From Paramecium tetraurelia (taxonomy: Eukaryota), in assembly GCA_000165425.1 (NCBI GenBank), contig CT868006.1:62001-126000 (forward strand): DNA of 64,000 bases, read 5' to 3'. Below, in pieces: positions 1-12,658 of this stretch; position 1 is the stretch's first letter; the number at the start of each line of letters is the position of its first letter. The notes below the pieces were generated by a model. It saw nothing but the letters and a program-made list of their open reading frames with translations, had not been told where the DNA came from and did not search any database. The translations under genes and the position numbers were made by a program.

Positions 1-403
1 CTTAAATTTGAATTGATCGATTAATTGAATGATATTATAACTTTTTATGTTGAGACATAAAATATATATAAAAATATTATTGATATCATTAAAATAACCT
101 TGTTATATTCAATTTATTTATCTTAATGGTATTAAAATATGATAATAATAAAAATAAATTGACTCATTACCTTATGAACTAATTACTTGGGAATCTTAAA
201 AAAGTGAAATTATTCCATTAATCTAGTTTGTTCATTCTTTTTAAGATATAGATTCAATAATAAGGATTTTTAATGATTAATTATCTTTATCATAATAGCA
301 CTTTGCTTACTTTAAGTTATCTTATTATCTAAAATTTGACATTATGAATTCTATACAATTATAAATAATCTAAAGTTAAAAAAGTGATTATTATTAAATA
401 TTA

Positions 404-1761
404 ATGAATAATTACAAAGCAGTTCAAATTTAAATAATTGATTAATAATGTTAGCAATTACAAGACAGCATCTCTGATTTGGGATGCTATTACTCGTTAA
501 TCAAAAAAGATGCTAAATTTATTGATGTTGCTTTATTTGCTGATTCGAATAATTGTGTAAAAATATCATTAAGTGATCCGGAATCATTAATCAGCATGAT
601 CATTAAAAATTTAACAGATAAGTCTGTAAAGATATCTATTAATATCGTAGGTGTTAGGCAGATTGAAATTGTCAGTGAGAGAGATATTGGAATATAAATA
701 AGAGTATACATAATGGTATGAATTTTAAAGTGAGTGTTCGACACAGATAAAGGTATAGTTCAAATTCATATTACTACAAAATGATGTAGCCTCCCCATCA
801 CCAATTAAGAGTTCTTTAAACAATTCTCAACAATATTCGCTTTCATCAAATAGTTATTAAGAATAGAGTGCGAATAGTTCAGAAAAGAAATAAATGATTC
901 ATCCTCATTATCTAACTGTAGGATAGGAACATGATTATCCTGTGATATCTCAATTTCCTACTTCTCCAACCTTTAAGAGAATGATAGATGCAGCCACTCA
1001 AGTAGAATGCGAAAATCAAGACCTCTTCACGTTGAAATTGGATAAGGAACAACTAATAGAATAATACTAATAGAGTTAGAATTAGCTAATGAAATTACAA
1101 TAAGAATACTTGCAATAAAACAGTCTATATAAGGAGTATGATTCATAGATTAAATTATAACTTGAAGAGATCTAAAAAATGAAGATTTAAATTCAAAATT
1201 ATCAAAAAGAAATATTGCTATTTAGATAAAATGAATAACAATAGTAATAACAAAAATCATAACCCCTAGATGATGCATTAATTGAATAAATCAAAAAGCT
1301 AAAAGTCACAATTAAATAATTGGAGGAATAAAATTAAAAACAGAAATTAGAACTAGCCAATCAATTGGAGATATCAACTAATCAATAAAATTAATTGAAT
1401 GCCATAACTGAAAAATTAGACAGGAATGATAGCATTCTTTAGTTAACAGAGGAGTAGAATGTATAATTATTTAATATGAATATAGAAATATATCTTAAGT
1501 CTGAATTAATAATTGGTTTAGCGAGAATAATAATAGAACATTATTATTCAAGAGCAACAGTTGAATGTCGATTAGTTAGAGAAACAATTGAAAGAATAAA
1601 ATAATCAAATAGATAAATTGAATTACACTATCAAAAAGGAGAATTTATTTAATTCTGTACTCTAAAGAGTTTAAGAATAGCAATTGTAATCTTACATGAA
1701 AATAATTGGTCCCCTAAATGAGTATTTAGATCAATCTAAGGACAGATTACTTTATAATTGA
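404..1761 (+). CDS. Hypothetical Gln/Glu-rich coiled-coil protein (2 tiny introns)
   Basis: ATG404 to TGA1761 is open under code 6 after removing GT..AG introns near 716-746 and 1461-1485; the C-terminal half is heptad-like. Confidence 0.7.
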
Positions 1762-1789
1762 TTATTTAATACATATAAATAGCATTTCA

Positions 1790-3101
1790 TCATACTAGAG
1801 ATTGAATATATTCATCATTTTCATCTTCATCCCATAATTACTGTTGAATCTTCCAAATTTAGAGTATGTTTTTCTCTTATTCTACACTTGCCAATAGATG
1901 TTTATGATTGGCATTCCAAGATAAATCATTAACCTTAGATCTATGTCCTCCATGATAAAACTAATATGATTATACACATATCTACCAACAATTCAGATGG
2001 ACCATCTTTTTCATCTTCAGCCTTGATTTCGTTTCCAATTTTGTAATAATCCCACACAATGATTTTAGAATCAACAGATCCAGATGCAAGCAAATTTCTT
2101 TAATGAGGGGACCATTAAAGACTATAAATGGCATCTTCATGATTTGAAAATGTATGGATGTCCTCCTCTGGTTTATTCATATCGAACATTTTAACTTGAG
2201 CATCGTTAGATCCTGTGGCGAATAAATTAGATTAGAAATTATTAAATTGAACACAATTTACTTCTTGTGAATGTGCTTCTTATTATATTGAAACTCCTGA
2301 TGATGTTCGAATATCACAACTACATTATTGGAATACTAAAGTACATAGCAAATGTTTTATCGTCAGAACAAGAGATGAAAATGTTTGGATCTTGAGGATG
2401 CCAACACACATCTTCAACTTCGCCTTTATGGAAATTGTATTGCTTTATCAATTGTCCTGTATTTGAATCCCAATAGTATATGTTATGATCATAACTTGCA
2501 GATAATAAATGACCGCTATTATTGAGATTCCAAGACAACCCATAACCTTCTTTCGTCTGTCCTTTTAAGGCTTATATTTTTGATTATTTGCTTAAATCGT
2601 AAATACCTAAGTGCATCTATTAGATTGATACCAACTTCACCATCTCCTGCTTAAGCTGCTAAAATGTATTGATTATTTGGTTATTATCGAACTCTGTTGA
2701 TTTCTACTTCCACTGGAATTTGCAATTCTTCTTATACCTTTCCAACTGCTTATGTTTTCCCTTTAAATAGTGTTTTATATGTACAAATGTTATTCAGCAA
2801 GGTGTTATCCAATTATTCATCTAATTTCTTAGGAATAGCAACTTTAAGCAATTTGATATAATCCTACTCTTAATTATTGGTCTGAGTGGCCACTATCAAT
2901 CTATGTACTTCGTTGTCGTTTTGATCACTAAGATATTAATGCAAAAGACATTTCAAGTTCATCCAACCAACAAACTGTGAGGGATGGCCAATTGTTTTGA
3001 TGATTGATGCAGATTTCATACATGAATGGGATGTTCTACTTCCAATTTCGGTACTACTCCTCGTAATTTCTCTCCTCTTGGATCTCATTTTCTGCACTCA
3101 T
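1790..3101 (-). CDS. Divergent RBBP4/RbAp48 (CAF-1 p48-like) WD40 histone-binding protein
   Basis: N-terminus EEQYRNWKQNIPFMYEICINHQNNWPSLTVCWL; WD40 repeats (LSWNLNNSGHLLSASYD, HKGEVEDVCWHP); C-terminus DGPSELLFYHGGHRSKVNDLSW; several 22-25 nt introns. Confidence 0.9.
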
Positions 3102-3188
3102 ATTTAGGCGCGATTTTATTAAATATAATATAGTATAAATTCCCACTCAAAAATAGTTTTAATGGTGTTAAAGTATTATTATTTAATT

Positions 3189-4455
3189 ATGGACGCTGCT
3201 GAAGTATAACATGATGGTTCCTCACCATCCAAGAAAGTTAAATCAAATCCTAATGCTCTGAATTCTCTTAGAGATGTATTTACCATCCTTACTAGTTCTA
3301 GCATACTGTAGTTGTAGCTGATACCGGCAAGATCAATGACATCCAGAAATTCTAACCTCAAGATGCCACCACCAACCCAAGTCTAATCCTTGAAGCAGCC
3401 AAATTACCAGAATATCAAGCCTTGATTGATGATGCCATCCAAAAAGGAATCAAAGCTTATCAAGTCTCCAAACAACCAGTGTATGTCTCTTCCTTACCTT
3501 TAGTTAAAAATAACCAAAAAGAACAAATTCCAGAAAGAAGAAGGACGAACCAGAAAATAATGAAATAGTTGAACCAGAATTACCATAATTCAATTTTAAT
3601 ACATTGAATCCAGAAGAACAGAAAATTGTTATTGGATTGGTAACTGACCAATTGAGTGTCAATTTCGGATTGGAAATCCTCAAGTTAGTTCCTGGTTATG
3701 TCTCGACTGAAGTTGATGCTCGTTTGAGTTATGACAAATAAGCAACCATTGATAAAGCCAAAAGAATTATCGCCCTCTATGAGCAGGCTGGCATTACGAA
3801 GGAGAGAATCCTTATTAAAATTGCTAGCACCTGGGAAGGAATATAAGCAGCTAAAGCATTGAAAAAAGAAGGAATATCATGCAATATGACACTCATTTTT
3901 AATTATTACCAAGCTTTGGCATGTGCTTAAGCAGGTGTCAGATTGATTTCCCCATTCGTAGGCAGAATTTTAGATTGGTTCACTAAAAATAAGACTGGTG
4001 AAGATTATTCTAGATAAAATCATCCTGGAGTCAAATTAGTAACCAGCATCTGGAATAGCTTTAAAAAATTCAAATATGATACTATTGTCATGGTATTTTT
4101 CATATTTGATATTTAATTTAGGCAGCATCCTTACGTTTGGTAGATGAAGCTGCTGAATTATGCGGTTGTGATAGAATGACCATCCCTATCAAATTGCTAA
4201 ATGATTTATAAGGTTTAGAAGGGACAGTATTGGAACCCAAATTAAAAGTCGAAAATTTAGATAAATTAAATATTGAGAAAGTCATTGTTGATGAAAAAAC
4301 TTATAGATGGGAAATGAACTGTACATTTTTATTATTAAACTATAGAGGATGCTATGGGAACTGATAAATTAAATGAAGGAATTAGAAAGTTTGCTTAAGA
4401 TTTAGAGGCTTTGGAAAATGTAATCAAATAAAAATTAACATAAAATAACTAATGA
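3189..4455 (+). CDS. TALDO1: Transaldolase (type 1)
   Basis: Motifs [63 protein letters not shown]; 4 tiny introns. Confidence 0.97.
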
Positions 4456-4494
4456 AACAGTTAACACATTAATATATATAAAAAAATAATAGTA

Positions 4495-5583
4495 TCAAAT
4501 ATTAAGTAAGTTAAATTTGTAAATTAACATTTCTATTTCACCCTTCCCACCAATTCGTTTGTAATATGTGAAATCCTCTTCTCCTGTTATAGAAATTTGT
4601 ATCATTGGAAAATCGAACTTTTTTTGTCTGGTTATTTTAGAAAACAGTGTAAGTTTATCTAATTGTTTTCTTTCCCATTGATAGGCTTTAAGAAATTGAT
4701 CTATTTTATTTTAAAATACTTTTTAAACTTTTTGAAGTCTTACGGCTACCACTTTGACTTCGCTCATCTAAAGAATGACATTCACTAAAAAAGATTTCTA
4801 ATGCATCTTATTATTATTATTTCTTTTTAATCCTAATCTTAGGAGTGCCAATACTTGCATTATTACTTGCTATTTCTTCCCTACTTTATTTCATCTTTTT
4901 TTAAGCGCTTTTTCTAATCAAATTACTTTATGTCATCACCAATTGATCTTTCAAAGGGGTGGTTGGACTTTTACAAATATTTGACTTTTATGAAACAGTA
5001 TCACCGTCTCCTTTTTTTGGAGCAAATTAAGAGGTTTGTCTTGGTAAATAGGGATTAGAAGTTGATTTAACATACATTGATTCAACCTTGATCTGCTTAA
5101 GTTAGTTTTAGAAAGGAAATTAATTTTTCAGGTCTTAATGTTTATCACCCTATTCTTCATTCTATCTACCCTCTACTTGTAATTCTCTCAACATTTCAAA
5201 TTCTTCTTATATTTGTTTGAGTTCCTCTTATTCTTGTAGCCAACTTATCGTATAAAATTTTAAATATACTTTTGGCGAATTACAAACTTTACTTCCACCT
5301 CTTAATCTTCTAGAAAACGATTTTTTCTATCAGTTTGAACAGCGACACCATCGATTTGTATTGGTTGAATAGATTAAGGGTTTTCTTAACAATTCTGAGT
5401 TATTTTATGATCATTTCTAATTGATTCATCTTTGATTAAGGATTATGGTGAACTATAAGGACCAGTTTTGGAATCTTCATTCGAATGATACTTCCTTTTT
5501 TACGATACTTTCTTGATAGCATTTATATTAAATTCTTTATCTTCTATTTATTATTGACAAATATTTTTGCATGTACTACCCAT
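4495..5583 (-). CDS. Hypothetical protein with predicted N-myristoylation (MGSTCKNIC)
   Basis: Plausible code-6 reading at both ends; C-terminus ..GEEDFTYYKRIGGKGEIEMLIYKFNLLNI*; internal structure not fully traced. Confidence 0.6.
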
Positions 5584-6623
5584 AAATTTTAATAAATTAA
5601 TTAATTGAACTCGGGTTATTTTATTAAATCTCCGATTATACATAAGAATTCAAGTCAATTCTGATTATTTTGCTTCCAATTTTTGTTTATTATTTTTCAT
5701 ATTTGAGTGCATTTTTAGTAAAGTTACTTCTGTTTGTTGTTACACTAGAAAGAATAAATTAACCTCTGTTCCAATATAATTCTAAAAATTAAAATTAAAT
5801 TAATAAATCATATCTAAGTCCAATATTATTAATCAGCATAAATATAAAATAAGAGCACACAAAATTTAAAAAGGGATTTTATATATTGAAAAAATTGAAA
5901 TCAGGAGTTATTAGTATTTTTAAATTTAAATTATATTATATTGTAAGAAAATTATTAGAAGAATACTTCCAATATAATTTCTTTGTTCTATAAACATTCT
6001 TCCAATTCAAATGATCAAATTAATTATTTATTTAATACTAAAAACAACTTTTTAATTTATAAATAAAACTTAATAATAAAATAGATTATTTATTAAATTA
6101 ATATTAAAATCTACATATAAAATCTTGTTTTGTAGAAAATAGTTTTATTGTTATTCTTGTTATTATACTATGTAATCCAAATATCTTCATTATTAGTTAT
6201 CACAGATTTTCAGGAGTTAAAATTCATATCAAATAAATTGCAAAATTGTATCGATATCACTAATAACGTTTAATTGAATCTAGTTAATACAATTTTACAT
6301 TTCATTTTAGTCTAAACCAACTTAAAAATGATCTAAAAATATTATTTTAAGTGAATAACAATCAAATAATGTGATATTAAAGCTCTTGTATCTCAATTCA
6401 TTTTAAGTATTTTATCAACAAATAATTTACTGAAGTATGTATTTATTTTTAGAATTGATTATAAATACTCTTACAAAATTGAGATTTTCTATTTCTATTT
6501 AATAAAGAACAATAGTCTTATTGAATTTAAAGGATAATAAAATCAATGAATTAGTAATTATAAAACTAGAATAGATGATTAATAATAATAATTTATTTAT
6601 TAACAACTAATTTTATTTGCATA

Positions 6624-7597
6624 ATGATTGAAGAGGAAATCTCAGGATGGCTGGATGATGGCGATTAGCTTAATAGTATAAGGTTTAACAGAAATAAAGA
6701 AGAGAGGATAGATAAACCTCCCTTGCATTAAAATCTCCGTAGTTATAGCTTATGTTAAAAAAAAGATGACAACGAGAAATTGCTTAGCTCAAAATCAAGT
6801 CTTTATTGAAATGTATATTAGATCTCTTTTCTGATAAAGAGAATTCATCATAATTTGTAAAGTGTAGGATGTAGAAAAAATAAAATAGTACAATAGAGGA
6901 ATTGAAAAAAGTGATGGAGTTTCTATCAATAAATGAACAATATAAATATGAGACTCACAGAGCATTTGATCCAAATGATGATAAATTCATCAAGCAATAG
7001 TAGTAACTTATAGAAAAATAAAAGTAATAATAAGAACTCAAAAAAAATAAGTTCAAACTCTAATTGGATATCAAGGATAATTATCAGACAATGCCAAAAT
7101 CAAGAAGGTAATTGCAACCAATATCCGATGTCTTATAAACATAAAAAATTAACAGTGACAGATCACAAATTAACTAAATTCAATAGAGTGGTATTTAGGA
7201 ATCTAAAAGTTAAACACAAACTAAATTTAAATTTCCGAAATTCATTATCTAACAATAAAAATATAAAAAACTGCATTATAAAACAGATGATTTCAATGGA
7301 TATAAAGACTAATAGGAATAATAACCTAAACATTTTATTCAAATAAATAGAATATTTAGCAATAATAATTTAACGGATACAAAGCAAAGTATCATTTCCC
7401 CTAAATCTGTTACGCAAGCTAAATATTAGGTTCAGTTATAGCAGACGATAAACAATATCAATTAGGCAAGAGATAATGGATACGCATATGATTTATTGTA
7501 CAGAAAAACACCTTCAAGTATAATACAAGACAATAAGGAAAAGTAGAAGTAGCTTAAATTGCTAGAGATAGCTCTAAAATGTAAGAATATAAAATGA
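6624..7597 (+). CDS. Hypothetical Gln-rich protein
   Basis: ATG6624 MIEEEISGWLDDGDQ..; code-6 reading with probably one intron; TGA7597. Confidence 0.6.
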
Positions 7598-8062
7598 TAT
7601 CTTATATATATACTACTATTATGAAATAGAAATAAATTTCTTCTCTCAAAATTATATTATATATTTCAATTAATGGATTATAATCTATTACAAACAATAA
7701 ACAAGTATAATTTTTAAGTGCTACCACACTCTTCAATCTAAAAAGTGATAATATTATGTTGAATTTAATCAAGATATTGAAAATTTTATCTTAAAAATAA
7801 ATAAAGTAATTAATAATTATAAAATTAAACAAAAAAAGAACATTGTTTAGTAGAGTTGAAGGAGTAAAATGGACTAATTGTAGGAAGAAACTTGAATTCA
7901 AAATCAAATAGAAATCTTGTAATTTGGAAAACTTTAAAATCAATAAAATGAAAAATAAAAATTGATCTTCCATAAGAATATAATGTTAAGAAATAAATAA
8001 GAATTGATATTAATTTAAAGATTCTTAATTACAAAGGAAATAATAAAATAATGATAAATTAC

Positions 8063-9347
8063 TCATTATAACCATGGACTCTATTATACTTCTTTCATGG
8101 TTATTCTTTCTTTTGAATCTACTTTTAGCATGGCTGAAATTAATTATTTGGCTTAAAAGGAAACGAATGATGGATACTCTATTTTCCCTAAACATATTTT
8201 TTTCGATAAATCCTTCTCTGAATTTCCTCTAAAAGGGAACACTCCTGTTACAATTTTATAAAGGATTACTCCGCATGCCCAAACATCGACAGATTAATCA
8301 TAAGAGCTTTTCTTGACTAATTCAGGAGCCATGTATTATGGAGTTCCACAGGAACAAGTTTGTTTTCCATTGATTTTGATAGAATATCCAAAATCTATGA
8401 GTTTAATTTTTTTTGTAGTATAATCTATTAAAAGATTCTCAAACTTTAGATCTCTATGACAGATATCTTATTCATGCATGTAAGAAACAGCATTTGAAAT
8501 TTGACGAAATAAAATTTTGGCTTCATCCTCATTAATTCTTTTGAATGGCCTTCCTTTCATGAACATCTCTAAATTTGATGGGGATGAGTATTCCATGCTT
8601 AAATATATTGATTTATCATTCTCAAACATATGATATAAGTTAATTATATTAGGATGTTTGAGTTAATTTAAGATTTCTACTTCTCTTTCGAGATTTTTTA
8701 AATGCATATTATTCATTTTCTTTTTATCATAAATTTTAATAGCAACATCAATCTCTAATTCTTTGTGCCTGGCCATTTTAACTTCAGCAGTCGCTCCAAT
8801 TCCAAGTGTTTTTATAAAGGTGTAACTATTGATTGATTGATATTCAGGTGGAATTTCAACAATTTAAGAGTATTCTTTTCTAATATTTTCGTTTTAAGGA
8901 TTTTCTTCATAAATGGTTTATTAAGCATAGGTTGTTTTAAGAATATTTCTTAAATTGCTGCCTAGATTTTTAGAAACAGGAGTAGTCTTCTTTTTTTATT
9001 AGGCTAGAGTATTCTCTTGTTTTGGTGAGAACTATTTTTAAGTCTGTTGCGTCTTTAGAGGTGATCGATTAGTAGGTACTCTGCTATGATGAGATACTGA
9101 ACGTCTTTAAGTATCCTCTCTATTTTTTAGGTATTTTTTTCTTAGATCGAATAATTTTGAATGTTAGCTAAACTAATTTGCTTGAGAGTATATCTATTAA
9201 TTAGCTTTGTGATAATCTTATATGAATAAAGAGCATACTTAAAGACATGTACATAGCAGTTTCATGTGGTTATTCGAATTCTTGATGATAGAGTATTTCT
9301 GGAGTAGGTTGGAATGTAACTTATTGTTGCTATTCAAGTCTTAGCAT
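8063..9347 (-). CDS. Ser/Thr protein kinase, CAMK group (AMPK/MARK-like), with low-complexity N-terminus
   Basis: LGIGATAEVK, VAIK, HRDLKFEN, DFG, CGTPQYMAPE, DVWACGVIL. Confidence 0.93.
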
Positions 9348-9427
9348 TTACTTAACTATAATAATAAATTCAGTTAATTATATATGTTCTTATTATATAT
9401 ATATATACTATTATTATATATATATTC

Positions 9428-10977
9428 TCATTTCTTAGGTGGTGCTTTTGCTGCTGGCTTTGCTCCTCCTGCTGGTTTTGCTCCTCCTGCTGGTTTGGCT
9501 GCTGCGGCTGCTGTTTTTGCTGCAGCTGCTGCTTTGGAATCATCAGCTTCCTTTTGTTTTTTTTCTAAAATAATAATAAATGATAAACAAACCAGCTGCT
9601 TCTTGCTTGTCCAAGATTTATTTCTTCGAAGTTGGTGCAACTTCATCAGGCAAGATTTTAGAAATAACACCTGCAGCTACAGTCTTTCCTCCTTCTCTGA
9701 GTGCAAATCTTTGACCTTGGTAGAGTGGTAAGTTATAGGAGAGATTCAATTTGCAAGTGAAGTTATCTCCTGGCATACCGACTTTGATATTCTCTGGTAA
9801 CTACAATGTAACAGCAACGTCAGCAGTTCTTACGAACATCTAAGATCAATAAGAAATTGGATTTACTTATGGACGATAACCATTGGGGAATGGTTTTTTA
9901 CGACCTCCTTCTTCTTCCCTTCAAGATGTAAAGATTAGATTCAATGCAATTGTGAGTTGTCAAGGATCCTGGTTTGCACAAAACTTATCCTCTTCTAACA
10001 TCATCTCTTGTAAGACCTCTGATCAAAATTCCGACATTGTCACCAGCCTCTCCGAAATCAAGTTGCTTTTTGAAGGTTTCAACACCAACAATTGCAGTTT
10101 ATTTTGGTTTACCATATCCGACAACTTCGATGTTGTCCTTGGTTGATGCTTTACCTTAATCGATAGTTCCTGTCACAACTGTTCCTCTACCAGCAATGTG
10201 ATATGTGCCTTCTATTGACATTAAGAATGGCTTATCAATTGTTCTTTATGGTATTTTGATCTCCTTGTCCATAGTCTCAAGTAATTGAAGAATGGACTTT
10301 TCTCCTAATTCTGGTTCTTGGTCATTGGATGCAAGCAATGCTGATCCTTTCACAATCTTTGCATTGTCTCCATCATATTCGTATTTGCTAAGAAGTTCTC
10401 TGATTTCCATCTCTACCAATTCATGGATTTCTGGATCTTTGGCTAAATCTATCTTATTCACAAACACAATAATAGTCTCCACACCAACTTGACGACATAG
10501 AAGCACATGTTCACGTGTTTAAGCCATGCAACCATCTGTGGCTGCCACGACCAAAATGGCAGCATCCATCTTGGCAGCTCCTGTAATCATGTTTTTGACG
10601 TAATCAATATGTCCTGGACAATCGACATGACTGTGAGATTAATTATAGCATCAATTATTACCCATAATGTCTAGTTTTGGTTTAATATTCCACTGTAGCA
10701 CTATTGATGGTGATACCACGAGCCTTCTCTTCAGGAGCCTTATCAATTTTACCATATTCTTGGAACTCAGCGAGTCTATTTCCTTTATGATTTATAATTA
10801 CTATTATTTAGCCAAGACTTTTGTGATGGCAGAGGTAAGTGTTGTTTTACCATGATCGATGTGTCCTATGGTACCGACATTAAGATGAGGTTTGTCTCTG
10901 ATAAATTTGGCAAAGAGTGCGCGAGCAGTATTATTAAGGGCGAAAGGAGCTTGTACGGAGCGCAGAGTGTGGAGCAT
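9428..10977 (-). CDS. TUFM: Mitochondrial elongation factor Tu with C-terminal extension
   Basis: Presequence-like [73 protein letters not shown]; 4 introns. Confidence 0.97.
9445..9497 (-). repeat. 18-nt tandem repeat encoding [18 protein letters not shown] in the EF-Tu tail
   Basis: TTTGCTCCTCCTGCTGG occurs twice on the + strand plus a degenerate third unit. Confidence 0.85.
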
Positions 10978-11052
10978 TCTTTAATTTTAATTACGGTTGA
11001 GATTTAAAATAATGTACTCTTTTGGAATAAAGATTTATTTATTTAATTAAAA

Positions 11053-11991
11053 ATGCAGAGATTATAGGGTGCCACACTAAGTTTATGGAGCAGCTTTACT
11101 CCAGTACCTCAGTATGCATTCGCCACATTGAATCTGAAATAATTGAAATAGAGAATGAAGTCTGTGGGATCAATTAGAAAGATTACCAAGGCCATGAAGA
11201 TGGTTGCTGCATCCAAGATGAAGCAAGATGTCTAAAGATTAGAAAATGGAAAGTACTTCGGAGTCCGATCACTCCAAGATTTATTTGCCCAAGAAACCTA
11301 TCTATAGAAGAAGCAATTGACATTTAAGATCAATAAGACTCTGATTGTCCCAATCACATCAGACAAAGGACTTTGCGGTGGCATCAACTCATCAATCATT
11401 AGAGAAACCAGAAGCATTGTCAGATAAAATCGAAATGCCTACAAATTATTCCTGATTGGCGAAAAGGTATTCACTATCATTTTTACATTTTAGTCCTTGG
11501 GAGCCCTCTAAAGAGGTTTCCCTGAATTGCTCACTCAAGCAATAACAGCCATCTAAACACCAATCAATTTCGTGAATAGTTCTTCCATCGCACATCAGAT
11601 TCAACTCAATGTCACAGATGATATTGATTAGATTTCCATCATTTTCAATTAATTCAAGAATGTGGTTCAATAAGTTATCAAGCGAGTTGATCTACTCAAT
11701 AGAAAGAACTTCATTGCTCAATTCAGATTGGTTACTAAATATGATACTGCAGAACCTGAAAAGGAATTCGTCCAAAATTACATGTACGAATACTATGTAG
11801 CTACTGCCTTTTATCATGCTATGTTGAATAATTTTGCAAGTGAAACATCTTCTAGAATGAATGCTATGGAAAATGCTTCTAAGAATGCAGGAGAAATGCT
11901 TGATAAATTGACTCTTGAATACAATAAGGTTAGATAAGCCAAAATCACAGTAGAATTGTGTGAAATCATTTCAGGAGCCTCAGCTGTCTGA
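11053..11991 (+). CDS. ATP5F1C: Mitochondrial F1 ATP synthase gamma subunit
   Basis: [75 protein letters not shown]; one 27-nt intron. Confidence 0.97.
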
Positions 11992-12123
11992 AAATCATAA
12001 AGAAATATATATAGAAAAACATTACATACCTATATTTACAATTTTCATCCTTAATTACTAACCCTCTTTTTCAATATATCAATTTGCATTCATTTTTAAA
12101 ATATACTTATATATATATATACA

Positions 12124-12603
12124 TCATTTGCGACAACCTTAGATAATACACACGAAACCTTTAGTCTCTGGATACTATTTTAAATATTGCTTATTTTTTT
12201 AAAGATTTTCGTTCATCTCAATGATATATCCATCATGTCCAGCCACTACATTATAGACTTCTCCGTTCTCCAAATGTACCTTCAACATCACTGTATCACT
12301 CTTAACCTTCAAGCCTCCCTTCTTTTTCTTACCCTTCACATGCTATTCCTTCTAAGTAAACTCAATCTCCTTAATATCGCTGTCGCTCTTCACTATTGGA
12401 TGATTCTTATTTATTCCACTCAAGTATAAACGATTTGAATGCTAAAACACATATTAATGTTCCGAAAAGGATTTAACAAAATATCGATCAGTGAATTCAG
12501 CCAATCTTGCCTGCACATTTAGTGGAATCATCAAATCATCATCTTGATCCTGCCCTTATTATTATTATTGCTCCTCTCCTTATGGCTCCTCTAATTATTG
12601 CAT
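12124..12603 (-). CDS. ABITRAM/FAM206A (Simiate)-like single-hybrid-motif protein
   Basis: Intronless 159 aa; TDRYF, HSNRL..H.IV, VKGKKKKGG, G.Y.V.AG.DG.IIEMNENL, PETKGFVCII resemble the family. Confidence 0.75.
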
Positions 12604-12658
12604 TTAATTTAATTAGCTATTATTGGTTATAATTTTTAGTAAAACAAATGTATCTAAA

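Noticed and set aside
7673..8054. Possible small + strand gene between two CDSs
   Set aside because: No consistent spliced frame or motif; composition close to intergenic
9384..9731. ORF-track protein with FAPPAG repeats
   Set aside because: Antisense shadow of the EF-Tu tail
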